IMG/VR virus record: IMGVR_UViG_3300025913_000019
Strand: one strand, 5' to 3'
From: a virus
Taxonomy: Duplodnaviria; Caudoviricetes
Length of the DNA: 64,000 nucleotides
Below are positions 10,193 through 18,578 of this stretch, in pieces. The translations under genes were made by a program, and so were the position numbers. How positions within the stretch are numbered: position 1 is the stretch's first letter; each line of letters begins with the position of its first letter. A model generated the notes under the pieces. That model saw only the letters and a program-made list of their open reading frames with translations, searched no databases and had not been told where the DNA came from.

Positions 10193-11191
10193 ATGACCGC
10201 AGACGTTTTCGTCGTCACACAGACCGGCCTCGACGGTGCGACCAGCGCTGCCGGTGCCGGCATCTTCCTCCAGCTCACGACCTTCAAGGTCGGCACAGGC
10301 GTGGGCTACACGCCGACGAAGAGTGACACGGCCCTCCACGGCACGATCCTCTACTCGGACAACATCACAAGCTTCAGCACTGCGGCCGACGGGTCCCTGA
10401 TCGTCAACTGCACCATCGACGTGAACGCGGGCCCCTTCGACTTCGGTGAGGTCGGGATCTACACGTCGACCGGCGCACTGTTCGCTCTCATGGCGCTGCC
10501 TCAGCTCGAGCACAAGTACACGGCACTGGGCTCGAACGTGGCTTCGACCTTCACGTTCCAGTGCTATCTGCGTCTCGGCCAGGCTGGCGGCATCATCCAG
10601 ATCGTCACGGGCGGTGGTGGTGGGGGTGGCGGGGGCACCTCCAACTTCGTGTACTCGATGCAGACCGGCCAGCCGACTGCGCTGTGGGGCTCGAACAACT
10701 CCGGTGTCGACTCCTACGTCTGGAACCCGTCGAACTTCAACGTCAACACGGCGAAGGGCATCCAGTCGGGTGTCACCGGCTTCTACAACGCCGAAGGTCA
10801 CACCTGGCACCGCGCCGACGGCACGACCGTCTTGGCAACGCTGGACACCGCGGGCGTGTTCCTGGCCAACAACGTCGGCACCATCAGCGACGAGCGCCTG
10901 AAGAAGGACCTCGTGGAGATCAACGACGACGAAGCCTTCGTCATCGCCTGCAACGCGCAGGGCCTGACCTACGAGCTGCTGTCCGAGCCCGGCATCCGTC
11001 GACCCGGTGTCAGCGCTCAGCAGTTCCAGAAGCTGATGGGCGAGGCCGTGCACACCACGGACGAGGGTCTGCTGTCGGTGCTCTACGGCCAGGCGGCACT
11101 CGCACTCCTGCCGTCCGTGGCTCGCAAGGTCCAGGCACTGATCGATGACGTGGAGACCATCAAGCGCAAGGTCCCGGCCCTGATGGAGTAA
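10193..11191 (+). CDS. Tail fibre with DUF3751-like N-terminus and C-terminal intramolecular chaperone (peptidase S74)
   Basis: VTQTGL...FKVGTG...GPFDFGEVGIY N-terminal collar domain, Gly8 linker, and the S74 signature SDERLKKDL. Confidence 0.8.
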   Translation: MTADVFVVTQTGLDGATSAAGAGIFLQLTTFKVGTGVGYTPTKSDTALHGTILYSDNITSFSTAADGSLIVNCTIDVNAGPFDFGEVGIYTSTGALFALMALPQLEHKYTALGSNVASTFTFQCYLRLGQAGGIIQIVTGGGGGGGGGTSNFVYSMQTGQPTALWGSNNSGVDSYVWNPSNFNVNTAKGIQSGVTGFYNAEGHTWHRADGTTVLATLDTAGVFLANNVGTISDERLKKDLVEINDDEAFVIACNAQGLTYELLSEPGIRRPGVSAQQFQKLMGEAVHTTDEGLLSVLYGQAALALLPSVARKVQALIDDVETIKRKVPALME

Positions 11192-11194
11192 GCC

Positions 11195-11863
11195 ATGACC
11201 ATCAAGACGAGCGGGCAGCTGTTGCTCACAGAAATCGCTGCCGAGTTCGGAGGTACGGGAGCCCTCCGACTCACCGACTACTACCGTGGCGGTGCGCACG
11301 TCCCTTCGGGGACTGCGGCCGGCACAGGTAGCTCCCAAACGACCCCGTTGACACCGGCTGCCCCAGCGCAGATCAGTGCCAGCGGGCCGATCCAGATGTC
11401 TCAATTCTATGGCACGTCGCAAGCAGCGAATCCGATCTCGAGCGGTACGCTGACTGCGAATAACACGTCGAACATCGCGACGACAGCACCCAAGACCGCG
11501 CGGGCACAGGTGGGTCTCACCTACGACGGTCGCACCTTCACCGACGACGCACTCGGTCTCGTCTACCACGCGAACTGGTACGCTCCATACGTGGCTGGCG
11601 TGTCGGTGGTCGAGAACTTCTGGTTCCGCATCACCATCACGTCGGGTGCGTTGACGACTGGTGGCGGTGCTGGTTCCGGTGTCTGGTTCCAGGGTACTCA
11701 CCTGTCGGATATCGCACCGGGTGCGAGCGCGCATACGTCCAATGCCCACCAGACCGACAGCCAGCACGCGGCCGGCTACATCGACATCAGCGCCACGAAC
11801 GGGGGCGCGATCCTCGGTACGTGGAACTTCAGCTGCACGTCCTTCATCGACAGCGCCGACTAA
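11195..11863 (+). CDS. Fibre-tip/adhesin-like protein
   Basis: MTIKTSGQLLLTEIAAEFGG...LTDYYRGG...SGPIQMSQFYG is the common N-terminus of proteins encoded after S74-bearing fibres. Confidence 0.65.
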   Translation: MTIKTSGQLLLTEIAAEFGGTGALRLTDYYRGGAHVPSGTAAGTGSSQTTPLTPAAPAQISASGPIQMSQFYGTSQAANPISSGTLTANNTSNIATTAPKTARAQVGLTYDGRTFTDDALGLVYHANWYAPYVAGVSVVENFWFRITITSGALTTGGGAGSGVWFQGTHLSDIAPGASAHTSNAHQTDSQHAAGYIDISATNGGAILGTWNFSCTSFIDSAD

Positions 11864-11907
11864 GAGCGTCTAAGCCCTATCCATAGACTAGAGACCAAAG
11901 AGGAATC

Positions 11908-12138
11908 ATGGCCGATTCAGTTGACATTGCGAGTGCCAACGACTTCACGGAAGAGAAGTTGGCTCTCCACCGGAATCGCAAAGAGGAGCAGGTCAGGCGA
12001 GGCACCTGTCTGTTCTGCAATGCAGTCATCGATCCGCAGAAGCTGTACTGCGACGATGACTGCAAAGAGGACTTCGAGCGCGAGCAACTCATCAAGCGCA
12101 AGACAACCCGCATGGCCAATCATCCCGGCCAGTACTGA
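11908..12138 (+). CDS. DksA/TraR-like C4 zinc-finger protein
   Basis: MADSVDIAS (DxxDxA tip) plus CLFC-x10-CDDDC; AGAGG RBS. Confidence 0.65.
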   Translation: MADSVDIASANDFTEEKLALHRNRKEEQVRRGTCLFCNAVIDPQKLYCDDDCKEDFEREQLIKRKTTRMANHPGQY

Positions 12139-12152
12139 ACAAGGAGCAACAG

Positions 12153-12536
12153 ATGCAACCCGTTCTTCCGGACCCGGCGACAAGCCCGCAGGCTTCGCTC
12201 ACGGTCGAGATCGAAGCCTTCGCCGGCATGAACCAGATCAGGCGCAGTCTCGGCCGCGCAGTCGGTCTCTGGATCGGCACGAACCAGAACGAGAAGTTCG
12301 CCGTCATGCAGCCCGGCGACACCATCACCATCAGCGACAACATCAAGGCGTTCGTTGCCTACTCCGATGGTCCTCTCACCATTACGGTAAATGGAGATGG
12401 CGGCCCCGTAATCGCGATGCAGCAGATGCTGGTGCTCGATGCGCCTGCCACGACTGGCATCACGATCCACAACGCCGGGTCCTCGGTCGTGAATTTCAAC
12501 ATCGACTGGCTGGCGATCCCGGTGCCCGCTGTCTGA
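12153..12536 (+). CDS. Hypothetical protein (beta-rich)
   Basis: AAGGAG RBS, in-operon position, codon pattern. Confidence 0.6.
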   Translation: MQPVLPDPATSPQASLTVEIEAFAGMNQIRRSLGRAVGLWIGTNQNEKFAVMQPGDTITISDNIKAFVAYSDGPLTITVNGDGGPVIAMQQMLVLDAPATTGITIHNAGSSVVNFNIDWLAIPVPAV

Positions 12537-12550
12537 CCAAGGAGCGACGC

Positions 12551-12862
12551 ATGAAGCCCATTGACATCGAGTTTCGCGTCGCGGCCTCTCCACTCGTGGA
12601 CATATTCGACAACGACCGGCGCCTGCTCCGGTTCCTGGACAACGACCTGTTCAAGATCCTCAGCGTCAGCGACACGAGTGTGGAGTTCCGCGACCTCGTG
12701 AACAAGCACCTGCGCGAGCTTCAGTATCCCGTCCCGATTCAGGCCGTCTTCGTCGACGGTCTCGAAGGCTACGAGACGGACTACCCGGAGTTCGTGCGCG
12801 TGCCTGTACTCATGATCTGCCCGCGCGATGCGACGGGTCAGCTCTACCCGACCAAGCACTAA
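12551..12862 (+). CDS. Hypothetical protein (MKPIDIEF...)
   Basis: Start reassigned to ATG 12551 after AAGGAG; the upstream part of ORF 11921..12862 is shadow. Confidence 0.6.
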   Translation: MKPIDIEFRVAASPLVDIFDNDRRLLRFLDNDLFKILSVSDTSVEFRDLVNKHLRELQYPVPIQAVFVDGLEGYETDYPEFVRVPVLMICPRDATGQLYPTKH

Positions 12863-12901
12863 AGCCTGGCGATCTCAACCTCACCACACATTGGAAAACA
12901 A

Positions 12902-13978
12902 ATGAAGCGCATCGGCATTACGTGTGCCCTTGAATCCAACGGCGGCATGGACCTCTTCTCGAACAGCCTTGCACAGACTGCGGTCTTCCTGCTCCGGCTC
13001 TTCAAGAAGGCGGGGCATGCCGCCGTCCTGCTTTCGGGTCACGACAGTCCGGCACCGGACCTCAAGCTCAGCTCCTTCGGCATCGAGATCCAGGACGTCA
13101 CGAACGCGTGGCCCGACCTCGATGTCGTGATCGTCTGCAACCGCAAGCTCTCGCTGACCGAGATCGCGACCTACAAGGCGAAGGGCACGAAGATCGTGCT
13201 GCACATCGGCGGCTCGCTGGCGCTCGACACGATGGCGTCGCTCATCAACGGCGCGCCGGGCTTCGGCTACGAGGACGCGAAGCTCTATGACCAGGTGTGG
13301 ATGACGGTCGCGCAGGCCAAGTCGTGCCGCTCGTGGTGCGAGAACGTCTACGGCTGTCCAGTCGTGGTCGTGCCTCCGGTGTGGGAGCCGCTCTTCATCC
13401 CGAAGAGCTACGGCTTCCTCGAAGGCGGACCGCAGCCGCATCCCGAGGACGACATCCGTGGCTGGCAGATCGTGGTCAACGAGCCGCCTCACACAGTGAG
13501 CCGCTCGGTGCATTGGCCGCTCATGGCCATCCACCACGCGATGCTGGCGATGCCGAAGATGAATCGCGTGGTCGGCATCTACGTCAACCACGCGGCACAG
13601 CTCAGCTCCAACGTCCCGTTCGTGCACTTCCTGTCGAAGCTCGGCTTCCGACCCATGCCGCCGGGTGCCGATCTCTTCCTCATGGAGTCGACCGTCGGAT
13701 TGCAGCTCGTGAGCAACCGCGCCGACATGATCGTGACCCACGACATCGAGGACGGTCTGGACTACTCGTGGTTCGAGGCTCTGTACGGTGGCTACCCGCT
13801 GATCCACTGCTCCGAGTTCCTGGGTCAAGGCTACCGTTACCATCGCTTCGACATGGGCGGTGCTGGCCTCCAGATCCGCAAGGCGATCGAGAGCCACGAC
13901 CCGAAGCAGACGAAGGCTGACTTCCGGGACATGATGCCCCAGCTCCAGAACCAACAGGCCTACGAGGTGCTCCTGTGA
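12902..13978 (+). CDS. DUF2827 family protein, copy 1 (putative GT-B glycosyltransferase-like)
   Basis: RIGIT...FSNSLAQTAVFL, DQVW, VPPVWEP, VNEP and FEALYGGYPLIH match the DUF2827 pattern. Confidence 0.75.
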   Translation: MKRIGITCALESNGGMDLFSNSLAQTAVFLLRLFKKAGHAAVLLSGHDSPAPDLKLSSFGIEIQDVTNAWPDLDVVIVCNRKLSLTEIATYKAKGTKIVLHIGGSLALDTMASLINGAPGFGYEDAKLYDQVWMTVAQAKSCRSWCENVYGCPVVVVPPVWEPLFIPKSYGFLEGGPQPHPEDDIRGWQIVVNEPPHTVSRSVHWPLMAIHHAMLAMPKMNRVVGIYVNHAAQLSSNVPFVHFLSKLGFRPMPPGADLFLMESTVGLQLVSNRADMIVTHDIEDGLDYSWFEALYGGYPLIHCSEFLGQGYRYHRFDMGGAGLQIRKAIESHDPKQTKADFRDMMPQLQNQQAYEVLL

Positions 13979-15087
13979 CCGACAAGAACAACAAGCCGAA
14001 GCCCATCCGCATCGGCATCACGATCCCCGACAATGCGAAGCTCGCGCTCGAGCAGGCGCTGTGGTCCAACGGCCTGGTCCAGAATGCGGTCTTCCTCTAC
14101 CGCACGTTCGAGAAGCTGCCAGGCGTCAAGTGCTTCCTGCTCGGGTCCTTCCCGCTGGCCAAGGCCCTGAAGTGCGACCACACGGTCAAGGGCCCGGGCT
14201 ACCTCGATGTCGTGATCGAGATGTCGGCGAAGATCGACCTGAAGTCGCGTCAAGCCTTCCAGGCACGCGGCGGCAAGGTCGTGCACTACGTGCCGGGCAA
14301 CACGATGTTCCTCAACATGGACAACGCGGTCGGCGCGCCTGTGAACGCGGACGTGCCGCACGGCAACTACGACGCGGTGTGGCTGCTGCCGCACGTCAGT
14401 CCATCGAACTTCGCGTACTACGCGACGATGTACAAGTGCGGCATGGAAGTCGTGCCCATGGTCTGGAGTCCGGAGTTCATGCTCCCTGCCGCGAACAAGG
14501 AACAGGAGTGGCCTTCGTACCAGCCGCAGAAGCGCAAGGTCGTCGGCGTCTTCGAGCCCTCGTTCTCGACCGTGAAGACGCCGCATGTCCCGATCCTGAT
14601 CGCCGACCGCTGCAACAGGCTCAATCCGGAGCAGGGCCCGATCATCGATGAAGTGCGGCTCTTCGGTACCGCAGGCCGTGTCGAAAACGACCCCGGTTTC
14701 CGGTCTTTCACTTCCGTCCTGGGAGTCGAAAACAGGCTCAATTTCACCGAGCGAATTCAAGCGAAAACAGCGTTTTCCGGCCTCGCCTGTGTCCTGAGTC
14801 ACACTGTCGAAAATGGCCTGAATTACAACTGGTGGGAGGCACTTTACGCAGGCTACCCGCTGGTGCACAACAGCGACATCGTACAGGCCGGCTACAGGTA
14901 CAAGAGCTGGAACATCGACGACGGCGCGGACATGCTGCACAACGTGCTGCGCAAGCACGATGATCCGCAGATCAGCGTCGCCTACAACTACGCTGCGAAG
15001 AACTGGCTGGCGAGGCTGGCTCCTGAAGTTGCGGCCAAGGACTACCTGGTGGCGCTGCAACGTCTCCTGGGAAGGAAACTCGGATGA
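13975..15087 (+). CDS. DUF2827 family protein, copy 2
   Basis: RIGIT...WSNGLVQNAVFL, DVVIEMS...ARGGKVV, VPMVWSPEF, GVFEP...VKT and EALYAGYPLVHNS; paralogue of 12902..13978. Confidence 0.85.
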   Translation: MTDKNNKPKPIRIGITIPDNAKLALEQALWSNGLVQNAVFLYRTFEKLPGVKCFLLGSFPLAKALKCDHTVKGPGYLDVVIEMSAKIDLKSRQAFQARGGKVVHYVPGNTMFLNMDNAVGAPVNADVPHGNYDAVWLLPHVSPSNFAYYATMYKCGMEVVPMVWSPEFMLPAANKEQEWPSYQPQKRKVVGVFEPSFSTVKTPHVPILIADRCNRLNPEQGPIIDEVRLFGTAGRVENDPGFRSFTSVLGVENRLNFTERIQAKTAFSGLACVLSHTVENGLNYNWWEALYAGYPLVHNSDIVQAGYRYKSWNIDDGADMLHNVLRKHDDPQISVAYNYAAKNWLARLAPEVAAKDYLVALQRLLGRKLG

Positions 15088-15923
15088 CGAACGAACGCGT
15101 CTTTGGAGTCGACGGCAACTGGTATCTGCATCGCGTGATCCACACGCAGATGTTCGAGCCGGAGGACGAGGCCGACTCTCAGGCCAGGCGTCTCATGGGC
15201 ATGGTCTGCAAAGACGCGATCGCAGTTCAGGCGAAGCGCGTCGCCATCGCGTTCGATGCCGACAAGGTGTTCAGGTACAAGCTGTACCCCGACTACAAGT
15301 CGGGACGCAACGGCAAGGGCAAGGCCGAAAAGGAAGGACCGACGGCCAACCCGTATCTGCACCTGCCGTACATCATGGACTACTTCACAGACCGTGGAAT
15401 CCATGTGGTGCAGACACGGAAGCACGAAGCCGATGATGTGCTCTGCACCTGGGCACACATCCATTCGAACTTCGTGGGCGGCACGCAGGACAAGGACGGC
15501 TACCAGTGGGTCATGGACGGCAAGTTCATGTACGACTCGAGTCGCAAGCCCGAGCCCGTGCGGATCAGGAGCGCTGAGGTCCTGGCTCACTTCGGTATCC
15601 CGCCTGCGGCCTGCATCGACTACCAGACGTTGGTCGGCGATCAGATCGACTCGATCCCGCAGCTCATGCGCAAGGACGAGGTGCTGGTAGGCCTCAAGCG
15701 TCACGGATCGATCCAGGCGTGGGCCAAAGCCGACCCGAAGTTCCTCAAGTTCTGTCGCAAGCACGTCGATGCGCTGAACCTGAATCGCAGGCTGGTACGC
15801 TTGATCCCGAACATCGAGGGCATCGGTGAGGTTCCGCCGATCAAGTGGAGCTCGAAGAAGACGACCGCGGCGTACGACGAGCTGCGGCGTGTCGCAGGTT
15901 CCAAGGTCAAGTCGCTGTTCTGA
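15084..15923 (+). CDS. 5'-3' exonuclease / flap endonuclease (Pol I N-terminal / T4 RNase H-like)
   Basis: AFD...FRYKLYPDYKSGR, EADDV, TQDKD and LVGDQIDSIP motifs. Confidence 0.9.
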   Translation: MTNERVFGVDGNWYLHRVIHTQMFEPEDEADSQARRLMGMVCKDAIAVQAKRVAIAFDADKVFRYKLYPDYKSGRNGKGKAEKEGPTANPYLHLPYIMDYFTDRGIHVVQTRKHEADDVLCTWAHIHSNFVGGTQDKDGYQWVMDGKFMYDSSRKPEPVRIRSAEVLAHFGIPPAACIDYQTLVGDQIDSIPQLMRKDEVLVGLKRHGSIQAWAKADPKFLKFCRKHVDALNLNRRLVRLIPNIEGIGEVPPIKWSSKKTTAAYDELRRVAGSKVKSLF

Positions 15924-15930
15924 AGGCGTG

Positions 15931-15970
15931 AAAAAGGCCGCTGTCCAATCAAGGACAGCGGCCTTTTGTT
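15931..15970. terminator. Bidirectional rho-independent terminator
   Basis: AAAAGGCCGCTGTCC-AATCAA-GGACAGCGGCCTTTT perfect stem with A and T tracts, between convergent genes ending at 15923 (+) and 15998 (-). Confidence 0.9.
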
Positions 15971-15997
15971 TGCCTACTCGACTTCGGCTACGGCTGT

Positions 15998-16552
15998 TTA
16001 GCCCACCTTCCAGTTCGTGCCGTCGGAGAAGACGGGGATCGTGACGGCACCGGCGCCGGCCACGGTGGCACCGAAGGTCGGGCTGGTCGCATCCGACACC
16101 ATGGCGCGCGTGCCCTTGCCGGCGTTGGCGGCCGTCGGGAGGGTCGCGACCGTGTAGATGCCGGGCAGGTTGGCAGGCGGCTGCACGATCACGAACGTGC
16201 CCACCGCGTCGGCGAACGTGGCGCCACCGGACACGACCTGGCCGTCGTTGTACACGATGGCCGGAGCCGCGTAGGTCACGACGGTCGAGACGTTGATGGC
16301 GAGCGTGATGGTCGAGCCGTTGGCCAGCGCCGAGTTCAGGTTGGCGAGATCGAGGCTGAACTTCCAGCTGCCGTCACCCTGGAGGGTGTACAGGCCCGGC
16401 GTGTCCATGCCGTACTGCGCGGCCATGACGCAGAACTGGGAACCCGAGGGCACGTCCGAGAAGGCCGTGACCCAGGGCACCTGGACCTTGGAGCTGGAGC
16501 CGGCCAGACCGGCCAGGAGCGCGGTGACCGCGGTGTACGTGAGAATCTTCAT
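15998..16552 (-). CDS. Probable virion structural protein (paralogue of 19025..19639 N-domain)
   Basis: Start reassigned to ATG 16552 (AAGGA RBS). C-terminal VATLPTA...RAMVSDA...PVFSDGTNWKVG is a common fibre-end module. Confidence 0.65.
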   Translation of the reverse strand: MKILTYTAVTALLAGLAGSSSKVQVPWVTAFSDVPSGSQFCVMAAQYGMDTPGLYTLQGDGSWKFSLDLANLNSALANGSTITLAINVSTVVTYAAPAIVYNDGQVVSGGATFADAVGTFVIVQPPANLPGIYTVATLPTAANAGKGTRAMVSDATSPTFGATVAGAGAVTIPVFSDGTNWKVG

Positions 16553-16554
16553 GG

Positions 16555-17304
16555 TCAGTCCTTGGGGGTTGAGGGAACAGAGGAAAGTGCCGCACGTGCC
16601 TTCGAGGTCAGCACGATGCAGTCCTGAAGGCCCAGTGCGGCGGGCCCATTCACGCGCTTGCGAAGTGCCAGCGCGTCCGACAGCATCACGGTTGTGATGT
16701 TGTCGTGCCACCACGCGACCGCAGCCTCGATGGGCGCGGTCCCGATGGTACGCATGAGTTCAGGCTGAGTCGAGAACGGGATGTCCGTCTTCTTCTCTGC
16801 CCTGAGGAAGTTGGCTGCGCCCGTGGTCTCGATCCAGCCGGAGCCGCGGTACTTCCAGCCATCGCCATCACGTATGTTGCCGAGGTTGTGAGCGCCCCAG
16901 GCACCGCCGTAAACGATGTTGGCGATCGCCTCCTGATCGGCAGCCTTCGGTGTCGCCGGATAGAACACGCCGTTGACGACGAGACCGGTCTTGCCACCCT
17001 GCGTCGTCAGCGTCTTCTGGTCGACGCGCCCGAACTGCAGCGCCTGCGAGACCGCGATGCGTTGAGTGCCGAAGGTCAGGAGCAAACCGTTCACGTTGTA
17101 GTTCAGGTTCTCCGCCGTCTCGGTCAGCATCGTCGACTCGTGGAGGCACTGACCGAGGAATTGCGCCATCTCTTCGTCGCCGCCATCGAACACGTCGTCG
17201 CTGAGGACGGTCGCGCAATGCGGTGCCCATGCAGCAGCGTGGATGTCGTCGACTCCGCAGAGGTGGAGGATCTTCTGCCAGCCGGCAGCGTCACGCGCCA
17301 TCAT
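16555..17304 (-). CDS. Endolysin, glycoside hydrolase family 19
   Basis: AQFLGQCLHES...ENLNY, GDGWKYRGSG..TG..N and RKRVNG...GL match GH19 phage lysins; downstream of the spanins. Confidence 0.85.
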   Translation of the reverse strand: MMARDAAGWQKILHLCGVDDIHAAAWAPHCATVLSDDVFDGGDEEMAQFLGQCLHESTMLTETAENLNYNVNGLLLTFGTQRIAVSQALQFGRVDQKTLTTQGGKTGLVVNGVFYPATPKAADQEAIANIVYGGAWGAHNLGNIRDGDGWKYRGSGWIETTGAANFLRAEKKTDIPFSTQPELMRTIGTAPIEAAVAWWHDNITTVMLSDALALRKRVNGPAALGLQDCIVLTSKARAALSSVPSTPKD

Positions 17305-17315
17305 GTTGTTTCCTT

Positions 17316-17579
17316 TCAGCCGTTGGTCGTCGGCGGTATCGCGAAGAAGGACTTGATGTACGACACGGTCGGACCTTTCAGTATCACGGCCTCTTCGTCG
17401 CCCACCATCCGATCTGGCTCAGCACCGGGCCTCTCTTCATACAGCTGGTATCGATAGATACCCGCGTAGGATGAAGAGGCTTTGATCTTGCAACCGGTTG
17501 CGGTCAAGTTCTCAGCCGTCGGGCAAAGAACGGTGCATCGCTTCCCGTCAAGCATGATCTCAACCGGTGTCTCCATCAT
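17316..17579 (-). CDS. Hypothetical protein within lysis cassette
   Basis: 87 aa ORF coupled to the Rz stop (ATGA overlap). Confidence 0.5.
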   Translation of the reverse strand: MMETPVEIMLDGKRCTVLCPTAENLTATGCKIKASSSYAGIYRYQLYEERPGAEPDRMVGDEEAVILKGPTVSYIKSFFAIPPTTNG

Positions 17580-18226
17580 TTCGTTGCTCCTTGGTCATCG
17601 ACCTTCGTGGTCGTCGTCTGGCTCGGGTCCGTCTCCGTGGCGACACCGAGATGGCCGACGCACTCGTTGTAGTGCGCGACTACTTCGTTTGCGGCAGCTG
17701 CTTCTTCGTCAAGTTGGCGTGCAGTGCTTGCAGAAAGTCGGCACTGGAGACGGTCAGGGAGGGGTCCGACGCCGCCGGCTTGGGGCACGAGGCTACGACC
17801 GTCTGGATAGCCGGCGCAGGTGTTGGTGTCGACATCGACCCACAGGCCGTCAGCGCCGCCAGGGGCAAGAGGACGAGTGTCGACATCGAGAGCAGCTTGT
17901 TTCGCATGATTGACTTCCTTGAGTGCGGTTTGGTACTTCGTGGTGAGGCTCGCGATCTTGTCCTGATCGGCTTTTTCTTTCACGGCATTGGCTGCGTCGT
18001 GCTCTTGCAGAGCCTTCAACGCATCGGCAGCCATGTGCGTCTTCGTGTCGGCCCACACCTGCTTGTCGTGGTCGTAGTCCGACTGCAAGGCCGCGTACTT
18101 CGTGTCCGCCTTGCCCTGCGTGATGAGCGAGCCGTAGTGGTAGCCGAAGCCGAAGATGGCAGCGACCAGAGCCAGGATCGCGATGAGCTTGATCCAAACC
18201 ATGTAGGGAGTCAGTGCGGTGGGCAT
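17576..18226 (-). CDS. Rz: Inner-membrane spanin (i-spanin)
   Basis: N-terminal TM helix, Ala/Lys/Gln-rich coiled coil and C-terminal Cys residues; contains an embedded lipoprotein gene. Confidence 0.8.
   Translation of the reverse strand: MPTALTPYMVWIKLIAILALVAAIFGFGYHYGSLITQGKADTKYAALQSDYDHDKQVWADTKTHMAADALKALQEHDAANAVKEKADQDKIASLTTKYQTALKEVNHAKQAALDVDTRPLAPGGADGLWVDVDTNTCAGYPDGRSLVPQAGGVGPLPDRLQCRLSASTARQLDEEAAAANEVVAHYNECVGHLGVATETDPSQTTTTKVDDQGATK
17680..17907 (-). CDS. Rz1: Outer-membrane lipoprotein spanin (o-spanin) embedded in Rz
   Basis: Signal peptide II with lipobox LTAC, Pro-rich mature part with a second Cys, and its own AAGGAAG RBS inside Rz in another frame. Confidence 0.8.
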   Translation of the reverse strand: MRNKLLSMSTLVLLPLAALTACGSMSTPTPAPAIQTVVASCPKPAASDPSLTVSSADFLQALHANLTKKQLPQTK

Positions 18227-18248
18227 GTCGTTCTCACTTGTAGTAGGT

Positions 18249-18578
18249 TCAGGACTTGTGGTCCGTGGGGCAGTGGTCGTCGGGACACGGGTACGTCGCG
18301 CAGGTGATGACGCTGAACTTGATGCCGTACCCGCGCATCAGCATGTCGAGGACCGCCACCACCTTGGCGATGAAGGCCACGATCAGGAACTCGGCCGCCC
18401 TGTTCTGGTTTCCGTCCCATGCGCTGACGACAGCGCCGACGCTGAAGCCGAACATGGTGACGATCTCGATCGCAATCGTCAGCGGCGCCGACTTCGTCAT
18501 CGCGTTCGCCGTGCAGATCGAGTGAACGGCCGCAACCAATGCGACCGCGAACATGAGCATGAGTAGTGGTGTGTTCAT
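18249..18578 (-). CDS. Holin/antiholin candidate (3 TM helices)
   Basis: Three hydrophobic segments in 109 aa; upstream of Rz. Confidence 0.55.
   Translation of the reverse strand: MNTPLLMLMFAVALVAAVHSICTANAMTKSAPLTIAIEIVTMFGFSVGAVVSAWDGNQNRAAEFLIVAFIAKVVAVLDMLMRGYGIKFSVITCATYPCPDDHCPTDHKS

Noticed and set aside
10611-10640. GGT/GGC repeat as a microsatellite
   Set aside because: Encodes a Gly8 linker between fibre domains.
12380-12395. GGTAAATG in a rare-codon patch as another promoter copy
   Set aside because: Last base departs from the consensus and it lies ~160 nt from the next start; insufficient support. The same applies to AGTAAATG at the 56160 stop/start junction.
11921-12550. 313-aa ORF 11921..12862 as one gene
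   Set aside because: The upstream part overlaps two better-supported genes; the real start is ATG 12551 with an AAGGAG RBS.
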